NCBI GenBank assembly: GCA_046290225.1
Contig: JBKAGE010000036.1
Span: 64,001 to 128,000 of the forward strand
Reading direction: 5' to 3'
DNA length: 64,000 nt
From: Bradymonadia bacterium
GTDB taxonomy: Bacteria > Myxococcota_A > Bradymonadia > UBA7976 > UBA1532
Positions 49,999 through 60,345 of the stretch are shown one piece after another. A program made the position numbers and the translations under genes. A model generated the notes under the pieces. It did no database searches and was not told the origin of the DNA. It saw only the letters and a program-made list of their open reading frames with translations. Every line of letters starts with the position of its first letter. The stretch's first letter is position 1.

Positions 49999-51136
49999 AT
50001 GTCCGATCAGCTCAGCGCCGACATCAACGAGATCCGCTCCAAGATCACCGAGATGCGCGACAGGCTCCTCGAGCTCCGGAGGTATCTTTGACGGGGATCA
50101 CAAGCGCGAGCGCCTCGCCGAGCTCGATCACCTCTCTGGCCAGGGCGACTTCTGGGACGATCAGGAGAAGGCTCAGGAGCTGCTGAAGGAGCGCAACCAG
50201 ATCAAGAGCGAGCTCGACCTGCTCTCTTCTGTGGGGGGCCTGCTCGACAACGCCGAGGTCGTGTGTGAGCTCTGCGAGGAGATGGAGGACGACAGCGAGC
50301 TCCCCGAAGCCCACAAGGAGCTCGAGGCGGCAAAGAAGCAGCTGGACAAGATGGAGTTCCAGCGCATGCTCAGCAGCCCCCACGATCCGTCAAACGCTTT
50401 CGTGAACATCAACCCCGGCGCTGGTGGCACCGAGAGCCAGGACTGGGCCGAGATGCTCTACCGCATGATCACGCGGTACTGCGAGCGCAAGGGCTGGAAG
50501 GTTGAGGTCACCGATTATCAAGAGGGTGAAGAGGCCGGCCTGAAGAGCGCCACTTTTCGGGTGGAGGGCGACTTCGCCTTCGGCTACCTCAAGGCCGAGA
50601 ACGGCGTGCACCGGCTGGTGCGCATCAGCCCTTACGACGCCAAGGGGCGCCGTCACACCAGCTTCGCCAGCGTCGAGGTGCTGCCCGAAGTTGATGAAGA
50701 CATCGACATCGAGCTCAACGAGGGCGACGTGAGCATGGAGACCTTCCGCTCCAGCGGCGCCGGCGGTCAGCACGTGAACAAGACCAACTCCGCCGTGCGC
50801 CTGCGGCACAAGCCCACGGGGGTGGTGGTGGAGTGTCAGGCAGAGCGCAGCCAGCACAAGAACCGGGCCACGGCCATGAAGCTGTTGAAGGCCAAGCTCT
50901 ACCAGATCGAGCTCGAGAAGCGGACCGAGGAGCGCGACCAGCTCTACGCCGGCAAGGCCAAGATCGACTTCGGCAGCCAGATCAGGAGCTACGTGCTCTA
51001 CCCCTACCAGATGGTCAAAGATCTGCGCACGCAGCACCAGACCAGCAACACTCAAGGCGTGCTCGACGGCGATCTCGACGACTTCGTGCAGGCCTTCCTG
51101 CTCGCCTTCTCCGGGCAGCAGACCGCCGAGGCATAG
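49999..51136 (+). CDS. prfB: Peptide chain release factor 2, programmed +1 frameshift
   Basis: 30-codon ORF from ATG 49999 ends in CTT TGA C (50086-50092). The +1 frame encodes GGTESQDWA, GVHRLVRISP and GAGGQHVN. Confidence 0.97.
50078..50092 (+). promoter_or_regulatory. prfB +1 ribosomal frameshift signal
   Basis: GGAGG-TAT-CTT-TGA-C: internal SD, slippery codon and in-frame UGA. Confidence 0.95.
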
Positions 51137-51190
51137 CGCCCCTCATAGTGCCCCTCGCAGCGTCTCTCATTGGGCAATCGCCCCGCGGCC

Positions 51191-51219
51191 TTGACCCTCG
51201 GGAAGGGTGCGACTAACTT
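51191..51219 (+). promoter_or_regulatory. Putative sigma-70 promoter of the lysS-lol-bam-lpx operon
   Basis: TTGACC-N17-TAACTT. Confidence 0.5.
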
Positions 51220-51272
51220 TCGGCGCCTTGTAGCCGGGCTCACCGGCCTGCCACCACGAGAGGCACCCCCAA

Positions 51273-52757
51273 ATGAGCGACGATCAGAACCGCCTGGTGA
51301 AGGCTCGCCAGGAGAAGGTTGAGGCCCTCCGCGAGCGGGGCGACAACCCCTTCGCCAACGACTTCGCCGTGACGCACCTCGCCGGGGATCTCCACACCGC
51401 TCATGCGGATCACACCCTGGAAGATCTCGAGGCCACCGCCTACCCCGTCGCCATCGCTGGCCGGGTCATGGCCGTGCGCAAGTTCGGCAAGATGAACTTC
51501 ATCGTCGTCCAGGATCGCTCCGACAAGATCCAGATCGCCGCCTACCGCCCCGATCTCGGAGAAGATGCCCAGGCCCACCTGAAGCTGCTCGACGTCGGTG
51601 ACATCGTCGGCACCCAGGGCCAGATGATGCGCAGCAAGAAGGGCGAGCTCACGGTGAAGGCCGCCGAGCTGCGCATTCTGACCAAGTCCACCCGGCCTCT
51701 GCCGGAGAAGTGGGCTGGTTTGAGCGACGTCACCACCCGCTATCGGCAGCGCTACGTTGATCTCATCGTCAACGAGCGCACCCGGGAGATCTTCCGCGTC
51801 CGCAGCGAGATCAACCGACGCATCCGGCAGTTCTTCGACGATCGCGACTACATGGAGGTGGAGACCCCCATGTTGCAGTCCATCTATGGTGGCGCCGCGG
51901 CGAAGCCCTTCGAGACGCACCACAACGCCCTCGACATGGACCTCTTCATGCGGATCGCCCCGGAGCTCAACCTCAAGCGGTTGGTCGTGGGCGGGTTCCA
52001 TCGGGTGTACGAGCTGAACAAGAACTTCCGGAACGAGGGCGTGTCCACCCGGCACAACCCCGAATTCACCGCGCTGGAATTCTACGAGGCCTTCGCCACG
52101 TATGAAGACTTGATGCAGTTGACCGAAGAACTCTTCCACAGCCTCTGCGTGGGCATCCACGGCACCGACGAGGTGACCTACGGCGAGCACACCGTGAGCT
52201 TCGCCCGGCCCTTCCGGCGGCTCTCGGTGATGGACGGCCTCGTGCAGTACGCCGAGATCCCCGAGGACAAGCTCTACGACCGCGACACCCTGCTCGCCGC
52301 CGCGGAGCGCCTCGGCGTGCGCAAGGCAGACAAAATGCCCCTGGGCAAGCTGCAGATGGAGGTCTTCGAGACCGCCGCCGAGCACTTGTTGATCCAGCCC
52401 ACCTACGTCATCGACTACCCGCTCGAGGTGAGTCCTCTGAGCCGCCGCAAAGAGTCGGATCCCCGTCTGGTGGATCGCTTCGAGCTCTACGTCGCTGGCC
52501 AGGAGATCGCCAACGGCTTCAGCGAGCTCAACGATCCAGTGGATCAGCGTGGTCGCTTCGAGGATCAGGTGGGCCAGCGCGCCGCCGGCGACGACGAAGC
52601 CCACCCCATGGACGAGGACTTCATCCGGGCCCTGGAGTTCGGCCTGCCCCCCACCGCCGGCGAGGGCATCGGCATTGATCGTCTGGTGATGTTGCTCACC
52701 AACAGCACCTCGATCCGCGAGGTCATCTTCTTCCCCCTGCTGCGGCCGGAGGCCTGA
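51273..52757 (+). CDS. lysS: Lysine--tRNA ligase (class II)
   Basis: RYRQRYVDL, EVETPML, RIAPEL, FRNEG, HNPEFT, GIGIDRL. Confidence 0.98.
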   Translation: MSDDQNRLVKARQEKVEALRERGDNPFANDFAVTHLAGDLHTAHADHTLEDLEATAYPVAIAGRVMAVRKFGKMNFIVVQDRSDKIQIAAYRPDLGEDAQAHLKLLDVGDIVGTQGQMMRSKKGELTVKAAELRILTKSTRPLPEKWAGLSDVTTRYRQRYVDLIVNERTREIFRVRSEINRRIRQFFDDRDYMEVETPMLQSIYGGAAAKPFETHHNALDMDLFMRIAPELNLKRLVVGGFHRVYELNKNFRNEGVSTRHNPEFTALEFYEAFATYEDLMQLTEELFHSLCVGIHGTDEVTYGEHTVSFARPFRRLSVMDGLVQYAEIPEDKLYDRDTLLAAAERLGVRKADKMPLGKLQMEVFETAAEHLLIQPTYVIDYPLEVSPLSRRKESDPRLVDRFELYVAGQEIANGFSELNDPVDQRGRFEDQVGQRAAGDDEAHPMDEDFIRALEFGLPPTAGEGIGIDRLVMLLTNSTSIREVIFFPLLRPEA

Positions 52758-52764
52758 ACCCACC

Positions 52765-54396
52765 GTGTGGAGCGCCCCCTACGAGGGACTGGTGGGCTGG
52801 CGCTATCTGTTGCGGCGGCGCCTGAGCCCCCGCGTCCTCATCATCGGCCTCGTCATCCTCGGTGCAGGTCTGGGCATGACCAGCTCGGCCTTCGACGCCC
52901 TCTCCGGGGGTCAGGGGCTGACCCAGGGCATCTACCAGGACAACCCGCTGCTGTTGCAGGTGATGCTGTACGGCGGCCTCGGGCTGTTGATCTTCGGCGG
53001 CTGCGTGGTGCTCTTCGGCCTGCTCAGCGCCTGGCTCACCATCTTCAGCGCCTTCAGCGCCTTCATGATCACCATCGGCGTGGCCCTGGTGATCGTGGTG
53101 CTCGGGGTGATGAACGGGTTCCAGGCCGATCTGCGGAACAAGATCATCAACACCCATGCCCACGTGGTCATCGAGCCCCCCAAAGGGGTTGACGGATTCG
53201 GTGACTATCGCGAGATCGCCAGGCTCGCTCGAGAGACCGAGGGGGTCATCGGTGCCTCGCCCTACCTGAGCACCGAGGTGATGTTGAGCAGCCGCACCAA
53301 CCTCTCTGCGGTGCTGCTCCAGGGCATCGACCCCGACACCGTCGGTGAGACGAGCCAGCTGCCTCAGAACATCGAGCGGGGCGATCTCGAGACCTTGAAG
53401 GATCCATCGCTGCTCAAGCCCATGGATCTCGAAGACGTGCCCCCAGCGGGCAATCTGTCCGAGGGCGAGGATCGCATCGCCGCGCACTTGGCAGCGGAGG
53501 CACAGCGCGACGCCGAAGCTGCTGCCGAAGGCGAAGAGGCTGAGGCTGCCGAGGCTGATTCCTTCGGGATGGCCCTGCCAGCGCCCAAGAAGCAGGATCC
53601 TTCACTGCTGCCCGTGGTGTTCATTGGCAAGGAGCTGCGTCGCAGCCTCAACCTGTGGCCCGGCGAGTCGGTGAACGTCATCAGCCCCTTCGGCGATCTG
53701 GGCCCCAACGGCCCGATCCCCCGCAGCCGGCCCTTCCGCCTCGGTGGCTGGTACAAGTTCGGCATGCTCGACTACGACACCAAGCTGGCCTACGCCAGCC
53801 TGCCTGCGGTGCAGGCCTTCATGGGCCTCGGCGACGTCGCCGGGGGCATCCAGGTGAAGGTGAGCGATCTCGAAGGGGCCCGCGCCGTGCGGGACAGCCT
53901 GCAGGCCGCCTTGGGCGACCGGGCCCGGGTGAGCGACTGGCAAGACCGCAACCGCAACCTCTTCTCGGCCCTGAAGCTCGAAAAAGTGGCGATGTTTCTG
54001 GTGCTCAGCATCAACATCCTGCTCGCCGCCTTCAGCATCATCGGCACGCTGGTGATCACCATCTTCGAGCGTAAGCGAGAGATCGCCATCCTCAACGCCT
54101 GTGGGGCTCCGAGCAGTGGCATTCGCCGCATCTTCATGGCTCAGGGCGCCTTCACCGGGGCCGTGGGCTGCCTGCTCGGAGGCACCGTGGGGGTGAGTTT
54201 GGGGTATGCCCTGGCAACAATGCGGTTGCCCATGGACACCAACGTCTATTACATCGACGCGATTCCGGTGGACCTGCGCCTGACCGACGTGGTGGCCATC
54301 ATCGCCGTGGCCATGCTGGTGAGCGTGGTTTCGACCCTGTATCCCGCACACTACGCCTCCCGGCTCAAGCCGGTGGAGGGGCTGAGCAACGACTGA
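52765..54396 (+). CDS. lolE: Lipoprotein-releasing ABC transporter permease LolC/E
   Basis: IGVALVIVVLGVMNGF, DW...NLFSALKLEK, REIAIL, YPAxxAS. Confidence 0.88.
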   Translation: MWSAPYEGLVGWRYLLRRRLSPRVLIIGLVILGAGLGMTSSAFDALSGGQGLTQGIYQDNPLLLQVMLYGGLGLLIFGGCVVLFGLLSAWLTIFSAFSAFMITIGVALVIVVLGVMNGFQADLRNKIINTHAHVVIEPPKGVDGFGDYREIARLARETEGVIGASPYLSTEVMLSSRTNLSAVLLQGIDPDTVGETSQLPQNIERGDLETLKDPSLLKPMDLEDVPPAGNLSEGEDRIAAHLAAEAQRDAEAAAEGEEAEAAEADSFGMALPAPKKQDPSLLPVVFIGKELRRSLNLWPGESVNVISPFGDLGPNGPIPRSRPFRLGGWYKFGMLDYDTKLAYASLPAVQAFMGLGDVAGGIQVKVSDLEGARAVRDSLQAALGDRARVSDWQDRNRNLFSALKLEKVAMFLVLSINILLAAFSIIGTLVITIFERKREIAILNACGAPSSGIRRIFMAQGAFTGAVGCLLGGTVGVSLGYALATMRLPMDTNVYYIDAIPVDLRLTDVVAIIAVAMLVSVVSTLYPAHYASRLKPVEGLSND

Positions 54397-54399
54397 CCG

Positions 54400-55134
54400 A
54401 TGACTGCCACCTCTCCCCTGCTCCATACCGTGGGCCTCTCGAAGTCGTTCAAGCACGAGGGGCAAATGATCCACGTGCTCCGCGAGGTCGATCTCTCGAT
54501 CTACCCTGGGGAGCAGATCGCCGTGGTGGGTCGCTCTGGTGCCGGCAAGAGCACCCTGTTGCACGTGCTGGGCACCCTCGATGCCCCCACCTCGGGCAAG
54601 ATCATCGTCGACGACAAGGACGTCTCCAGCTTGAGCAGCAAAGCTCTGGCGGCCTTCCGGAACGAGACCATCGGCTTCATCTTTCAGTTCCATCATCTTC
54701 TTCCGGAATTCACCGCCGTGGAGAACGTCATGCTCCCGGGATTGATCCGGCGGTGGACGAAGAAGAAGGCCCGGGTGGAAGCTGAGCGATTCCTCGAGGA
54801 GGTGGGGTTGTCCCACCGGTTGACCCATCGACCCGGCGAGCTGTCTGGTGGCGAGCAGCAGCGCGTGGCCCTCGCCAGAGCCCTGGTGAGCCGCCCCAAG
54901 CTGCTCCTCGCCGACGAGCCCACGGGGAACCTCGACTCGAACACCAGCAACGAGATCCATGCCCTCTTCGACCGCCTCAACGCCGAGCACGGCACCGCCA
55001 TGCTGGTGGTGACGCACTCCCAGGAGCTGGCCCGCCGCATGCCTCGACGGCTGCGCATGTCCGATGGCCGATTGCTCGACGAGACCGCGGATCCGACGGA
55101 AGAGCCGCCCACCCCTGAGGAGGCCGGGGCCTGA
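54400..55134 (+). CDS. lolD: Lipoprotein-releasing ABC transporter ATPase
   Basis: [35 protein letters not shown]. Confidence 0.93.
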   Translation: MTATSPLLHTVGLSKSFKHEGQMIHVLREVDLSIYPGEQIAVVGRSGAGKSTLLHVLGTLDAPTSGKIIVDDKDVSSLSSKALAAFRNETIGFIFQFHHLLPEFTAVENVMLPGLIRRWTKKKARVEAERFLEEVGLSHRLTHRPGELSGGEQQRVALARALVSRPKLLLADEPTGNLDSNTSNEIHALFDRLNAEHGTAMLVVTHSQELARRMPRRLRMSDGRLLDETADPTEEPPTPEEAGA

Positions 55135-55135
55135 T

Positions 55136-57490
55136 ATGCACCTGACTCGACTTCTGAGGCCCCTGCTTCTCGCAGCGAGCCTCCTGGCCCTGAGCGGCCT
55201 GATGCCCCTCACCTCGCCTGCAGCGCTGGCCCAGAACCTCGGCGTGGACGTCGAAGGCCAGACCCTCGACGAGGTCCGGGTGAAGGGCAACCGCCGCAGC
55301 GAGGCTGACGCCATCCTGGAGCGCATCTCCACGCGCCCTGGTGAGCCGCTCAAGCGCAAGAGCGTGCAGGCCGACATCCGCACCATCTTCAAGCTAGGCT
55401 TCTACAGCGACATCCAGGTGGAGCTCGAAGAGCTGGACGGCAAGTCCGTGCTGACCTTCGTGGTGGAAGAGAAGCCCTCGGTGCGCAAGGTCATCTACGA
55501 CGGCAACGAGGAGCTGGACGACGAGGAGCTCGGCGAGGTGGTCGACATTCGACCCTTCAGCATCCTCAACCAGGCGAAGGTGAATCAGAACGCCGAAAAG
55601 CTCAAAGACCTCTACACTGAGAAGGGGTACTTCCTCGCCGAGGTGGATTGGGAGATCCGACCCCTCGAGAACAACGAGGTCGACGTCATCTTCCACCTCA
55701 TCGAGAAGAAAGAGGTGAAGGTGGCCCGCCTGGCCATCGTAGGCAACGACGCCCTCGCCGACAGCGACATCAAGCAGTTCCTCGAGACCCGGGAGGAGGG
55801 CGGCTTCGGCGGCATCTCCGGTGCAGGCAGCTTCAAGGCCGAGGCCTTCGAGCGCGATCTGCTCCGGGTGAGCCAGCTGTACTACGATCGCGGCTACATC
55901 ACCGCCCGGGTGGGCGAGCCCAAGGTTGAGCTCACCCCCGATCGCGCCAAGCTCTTCATCACCATCCCCGTCGAAGAAGGCGACCGCTACAAGACCGGCG
56001 AGATCGACGTCATCGGTGACTTCCTCGAGAAGTTCCCCAAAGAAGAGGTGATGAAGCGGGTCAAGCTCAAGACCGGCGACTGGTTCAGCAGCACCCAGCT
56101 GCGCAACACCATCAACGGCGTGGGCGAGATTTACAAAGACGAGGGCTACGCCTACGTCAACATCGTGCCCAACACCCGGGTCGATCCCGAGACCCGGAAG
56201 GTGAACCTCACCATCAACATCGAGAAGGGTGAGAAGGTGCGCTTCGGCCGCATCACCGTCGTGGGCAACACCCGCACTCGGGACAAGGTGATCCGCCGCG
56301 AGATGCGCATCTACGAGGGTGAGTTCTACTCATCGACGGGCATCAAGCGCTCGAAGGCCCTCATCACTCGCCTGGGCTACTTCGAGACGGTGGAGATCAC
56401 CACCCGCCCGAACCGCGACGGCAACACCATGGATGTGGTGGTCGACGTGAAGGAGAAGCCCACGGGCACCTTCCAGGTGGGCGCCGGCTTCAGCAGCATC
56501 GAGAGCTTCGTGGCCCAGGCTCAAATCGCCCAGGACAACCTGTTCGGTCGCGGTCAGAACCTGAGCTTCCAGGCCACCCTGTCGCGGCTGCGGAGCATCG
56601 TGAACCTGCGCTTCGCCGACAACTACTTCCTCGACACGCGCATCCGGTTCGCCACCAACCTCTACCGGTTCGAGACCAACTTCCAGAACTTCACCCGCCG
56701 CAGCCTCGGTGGGAACCTCACCCTGGGCTACCCGCTCAACGACGACTGGTCGGTGGCGGGGACCTACACTTTGGAGTACGTCGAGGTGGACGCCGGCGGC
56801 TTCGGCCGGCGGAACATCCCCGCCATCGCCAACCTGTTCGCCAACGGGCGCACCTCCAGCGTGCGGCTGAGCCTGTTCTACGACACGCGGAACAACCGCC
56901 TGTTCCCGAGCAGCGGCTGGTTCAACACCGCCAGCGTGGAGCACGCCACGGGGCTGCTCTTCAGCGAGAACTTGTTCACCCGCTACCGCCTGCGGGGTCG
57001 GTACTACTACGATCTCGGCTACAACATGGTGCTCAAGGCCAACACCGAGTGGGGCACCATCACCAGCCCGCAGTCTCGGGGCGTGCCCATCTTCGAGCGC
57101 TTCTTCCTCGGCGGCCCGCTGTCGATGCGCGGGTTCCAGATCAACAGCCTTGGCCCCACCATCCCCGTGCTCGACACCGTGCGTCCCGACTCGGGCACTG
57201 TGCAGCAGAACATCGGCGGCACCGAGCAGCTGCTCATCAACACTGAGCTCGAGTTCCCGATTTTGCAGAAAGTGCAGATCCGCGGCGTCGCTTTCATCGA
57301 TGCCGGGAACGCTTTCAACATCGAAGACAGTTACGCAGATAAACTCGACCAGTTCCGATTCAACTGGGGGTTCGGCATCAGGTGGTTCTCTCCCATCGGA
57401 CCGCTTCGGTTCGAGTGGGGCTTCCCCTTCAACCCTCGGGATGGCGAAGACGGCTCAGTGTTCAACTTCTCCATCGGCAACTTCTTCTAG
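55136..57490 (+). CDS. bamA: Outer membrane protein assembly factor BamA
   Basis: Signal peptide, POTRA repeats (GN...Y...GY), MRGF loop, SPIGPLRF, terminal FF. Confidence 0.97.
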   Translation: MHLTRLLRPLLLAASLLALSGLMPLTSPAALAQNLGVDVEGQTLDEVRVKGNRRSEADAILERISTRPGEPLKRKSVQADIRTIFKLGFYSDIQVELEELDGKSVLTFVVEEKPSVRKVIYDGNEELDDEELGEVVDIRPFSILNQAKVNQNAEKLKDLYTEKGYFLAEVDWEIRPLENNEVDVIFHLIEKKEVKVARLAIVGNDALADSDIKQFLETREEGGFGGISGAGSFKAEAFERDLLRVSQLYYDRGYITARVGEPKVELTPDRAKLFITIPVEEGDRYKTGEIDVIGDFLEKFPKEEVMKRVKLKTGDWFSSTQLRNTINGVGEIYKDEGYAYVNIVPNTRVDPETRKVNLTINIEKGEKVRFGRITVVGNTRTRDKVIRREMRIYEGEFYSSTGIKRSKALITRLGYFETVEITTRPNRDGNTMDVVVDVKEKPTGTFQVGAGFSSIESFVAQAQIAQDNLFGRGQNLSFQATLSRLRSIVNLRFADNYFLDTRIRFATNLYRFETNFQNFTRRSLGGNLTLGYPLNDDWSVAGTYTLEYVEVDAGGFGRRNIPAIANLFANGRTSSVRLSLFYDTRNNRLFPSSGWFNTASVEHATGLLFSENLFTRYRLRGRYYYDLGYNMVLKANTEWGTITSPQSRGVPIFERFFLGGPLSMRGFQINSLGPTIPVLDTVRPDSGTVQQNIGGTEQLLINTELEFPILQKVQIRGVAFIDAGNAFNIEDSYADKLDQFRFNWGFGIRWFSPIGPLRFEWGFPFNPRDGEDGSVFNFSIGNFF

Positions 57491-57529
57491 CGAGCGCTCG
57501 AGCGCTCGCTCTCAGTCAGGAGTTCACTC

Positions 57530-58099
57530 ATGACCACTTCCTTCCGTCTGGCCCTGCGCGCTGCCCTGTGGATGCCCTGTGCGCTGATCATCGCCCTGGC
57601 GACCACCTCCACCGCTTCTGCTGATGCCAAGCTGGCCTTCGTCGACATGCAGCGTGCCCTGCAAGAGGTCGAAGATGGTAAGAAGGCCAAGTCCAAGCTC
57701 GAGAAGATGAAGAAGGATCGTCAGACCAAGCTCGACTCCGAGCAGAAGAACCTCAAGAAGATGCAGGAGAACCTGCAGGCTCAGGCGCAGTTCATGAAAG
57801 ATGACGTGCGCCGGGGCAAAGAGGAGGAGCTGCGCAAGAAGCTCGGCGAGGTGCAGCTGCTCTACGCAAAGCTCCAGAAGGAGCTGGCTCAGGAAGAGGC
57901 CAAGCTGACCCAGGACATCATCATCCGCATGGGGGCGATCCTCCGGAGCATCGGTGAGCGCGACAACCTCACCATGATCCTCGAGAAGACCGACTCCGCC
58001 GTGCTCTGGGCCCCTTCCAGCCTCGACCTGACCAACGAGCTCATCCGCCGCTACAACAATGGCGAGGGCAAGCCCGGCAAGAAGAAGGGCAAGAAGTGA
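57530..58099 (+). CDS. skp: Periplasmic chaperone Skp/OmpH
   Basis: KLAFVDMQ, coiled coil, DLTNELI; follows bamA. Confidence 0.92.
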   Translation: MTTSFRLALRAALWMPCALIIALATTSTASADAKLAFVDMQRALQEVEDGKKAKSKLEKMKKDRQTKLDSEQKNLKKMQENLQAQAQFMKDDVRRGKEEELRKKLGEVQLLYAKLQKELAQEEAKLTQDIIIRMGAILRSIGERDNLTMILEKTDSAVLWAPSSLDLTNELIRRYNNGEGKPGKKKGKK

Positions 58100-58100
58100 T

Positions 58101-59108
58101 TTGATCACCCTCGCCGCCCTCTCCGCAGCCCTGGGGCTCCCCTGCCCGGGCTCTCCCGATCTCGTCCTCAATGCCGTCGCACCGCTCGAATCAGCGGGCC
58201 CTCGTGATCTCGTAGGCCTCTTCGAGCCGCGCTGGCGCGGGTCCGCTCAGGCGACCCATGGGGCGGTTGCTCTCACGACACCGACCCTTCGGCACCACCT
58301 GCCCAGCTCCACCCTCGCCCTGGTGCACGAGGATGCCCGTGCCTTGTGGGGCAAGGCCCTCCGACTGATCTACCCAGGTCCCTCGCTTCAGCCACCCCCT
58401 GTGGGGATACACCCCTCAGCCGTCGTCGATCCCACAGCCCGTGTCAGCCCGGCAGCTTGCATCGGCCCTCTGGTGGTGATCGGCCCCTTCTGCGAGATCT
58501 ACGATCATGTGGCGTTGTATCCGGGGGTGGTGCTCGGCCACGGCGTGAGCATCGGCCGTGGCACCCACGTACACCCCCGAGCGATGTTGCTTGACGACAC
58601 TCAGGTGGGCGCTCGGGTGATCATCGGCCCTGGCGCAGTCCTCGGCGCTGTGGGCTTTGGCCTCGATGCCCAGGGGCTGCAGCCTCACGTGGGGCGCGTA
58701 CGGGTGGAGAACGGAGCCACGCTGGGTGCCCAGACATGCGTCGATCGAGCCACAGTGGGCGAGACGATCATCGGCGCCGACGCCCACCTCGACAACTTGG
58801 TGCAGGTGGGCCACAACGCGACGATTGGCCCAGGTGCGGTGCTCTGCGGCCAGGTGGGGATCGCCGGAGGCGCCCACATCGAAGGCGGCGTGGTCCTCGG
58901 CGGCCAAGCTGGAGTCGCTGGTCACGTGACGGTGGCCTCGGGGGTACGGGTGGCGGCACAATCAGGGGTGACGCGGCCTCTGACACACCCCGGTGAGTTC
59001 AGCGGCCACCCTGCCGAGCCCAACCACAAGCGCTTGCGTCGCGAGGCCTGGTGGCGTCGCGAGGCGGATAGAGCACTTGAGGAACGAGCGCCCGAGAAGA
59101 CGCCCTGA
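58101..59108 (+). CDS. lpxD: UDP-3-O-acyl-glucosamine N-acyltransferase
   Basis: IHPSAVVD hexapeptides, GFG, VDRAT, DNLVQVGHN; TTG start assumed. Confidence 0.88.
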   Translation: MITLAALSAALGLPCPGSPDLVLNAVAPLESAGPRDLVGLFEPRWRGSAQATHGAVALTTPTLRHHLPSSTLALVHEDARALWGKALRLIYPGPSLQPPPVGIHPSAVVDPTARVSPAACIGPLVVIGPFCEIYDHVALYPGVVLGHGVSIGRGTHVHPRAMLLDDTQVGARVIIGPGAVLGAVGFGLDAQGLQPHVGRVRVENGATLGAQTCVDRATVGETIIGADAHLDNLVQVGHNATIGPGAVLCGQVGIAGGAHIEGGVVLGGQAGVAGHVTVASGVRVAAQSGVTRPLTHPGEFSGHPAEPNHKRLRREAWWRREADRALEERAPEKTP

Positions 59109-59869
59109 TGATCGATGTACACCCCACAGCGCAGGTGGATTCGACGGCGCAGCTACACCCAGGGGCGGTGGTGGGCGCCCACAGCGTCGTGGGCCCCGAC
59201 TGCGTGATTCATCGCTATGGCATTGTGGGCCCGCATACGACCCTGGGCGCTCGATGCGAGGTGCACCCCTTCGCTGTCATCGGGGGGCCTGCTCAGGACC
59301 GCCGTACAGCGCCAGAGGCCCCGTTCACCCTCGTATGTGGCCCGGAGAACATCTTTCGGGAGGGCGTGACCGTCTCCCGAGGCACAGCGCACGGCGGTGG
59401 TGAAACGCGCCTGGGCGCGGAGAACCTGCTCATGGCTCACAGCCATGTAGGCCACGACGCACAGCTCGGCGATCAGAACACCCTGGCGAACGGGGTGAGC
59501 GTGGCAGGTCACGTCTGCATCGGTGATCGGGTCAACCTCGGCGGCCACGCAGGGGTGCACCAGTTCGTCCGGATCGGCGATCTGGCCTTCATCGCAGCAA
59601 ACGCCATGGTGAGCGGTGATGTGCCCCCCTTCACGCTGGTCTCGGGGGATCGCGCCCGCATCGTGGGCTTGAACGTGACGGGCCTGAAACGCGCAGGGCT
59701 GTCACAGCCGGTTCGCTCAGCCCTCAGCGGTGCGCTGAAGCGCTTCTACGCCCCTGGCCCTCAGCGGGAGGTGGCGTCACTACACCTCTCGGACCCAACG
59801 CCAGAGGTGGCCCATATGGCGCACTTCGTCGTGCACAGCGAGCGCCGAGGCATTCGCCGCGGTCGCTGA
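59108..59869 (+). CDS. lpxA: UDP-N-acetylglucosamine acyltransferase
   Basis: VHPTA, GGPAQD, RE-x-VT-RGT, HVGHD, LAGH-like VAGH, VHQF, DVPPF. Confidence 0.92.
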   Translation: MIDVHPTAQVDSTAQLHPGAVVGAHSVVGPDCVIHRYGIVGPHTTLGARCEVHPFAVIGGPAQDRRTAPEAPFTLVCGPENIFREGVTVSRGTAHGGGETRLGAENLLMAHSHVGHDAQLGDQNTLANGVSVAGHVCIGDRVNLGGHAGVHQFVRIGDLAFIAANAMVSGDVPPFTLVSGDRARIVGLNVTGLKRAGLSQPVRSALSGALKRFYAPGPQREVASLHLSDPTPEVAHMAHFVVHSERRGIRRGR

Positions 59870-59954
59870 CTGGCGCCTCGTCGCCAAACTCGTCATAGAG
59901 TGATTGACACCCAGCGACCCCCTGAGGCCAAATGGCGGCCGCTGAATCGAGCTC

Positions 59955-59968
59955 TGAATGAGCGTTCA
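59955..59968. promoter_or_regulatory. Palindromic operator-like site upstream of the SCP2 gene
   Basis: TGAATGAGCGTTCA imperfect palindrome about 50 bp before the ATG. Confidence 0.3.
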
Positions 59969-60019
59969 ATCACTGGGCCCTCATATGTAAAGAGCCCCAG
60001 AAATGAAAAGGAAGGTGCC

Positions 60020-60343
60020 ATGACCCCCAAGGAGATTTTCGAGGACAAGATCGGCGGCAAGCTCAACGATCCTGCTCAGGCTGCTGCTGCGAAGGAGATC
60101 GACGCGGTCTTCCAGTTCAACCTCTCCGGTGACAACGGGGGTGAGTGGGTGGTGGACCTCAAGGAGGGCAAGGTCTTCGCTGGTGGCGCTGACGCTGCTG
60201 ACTGCACCATCTCCCTCAAGGGCGACGACTTCGTGAAGCTGGTGGAGAACCCCTCCTCGGCCACGATGATGTTCATGCAGGGCAAGCTCAAGGTGGCCGG
60301 CAACATGGGCCTCGCCATGAAGCTCCCCAAGATCCTGGGCTAA
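60020..60343 (+). CDS. SCP2 sterol/lipid-binding domain protein
   Basis: FQFNLSG..GGEW, ADCTI, FMQGKLKVAGNMGLAMKL. Confidence 0.92.
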   Translation: MTPKEIFEDKIGGKLNDPAQAAAAKEIDAVFQFNLSGDNGGEWVVDLKEGKVFAGGADAADCTISLKGDDFVKLVENPSSATMMFMQGKLKVAGNMGLAMKLPKILG

Positions 60344-60345
60344 CA

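Noticed and set aside
51240..55392. 507-aa and 596-aa minus-strand ORFs
   Set aside because: They are antisense shadows of lysS and lolE/lolD.
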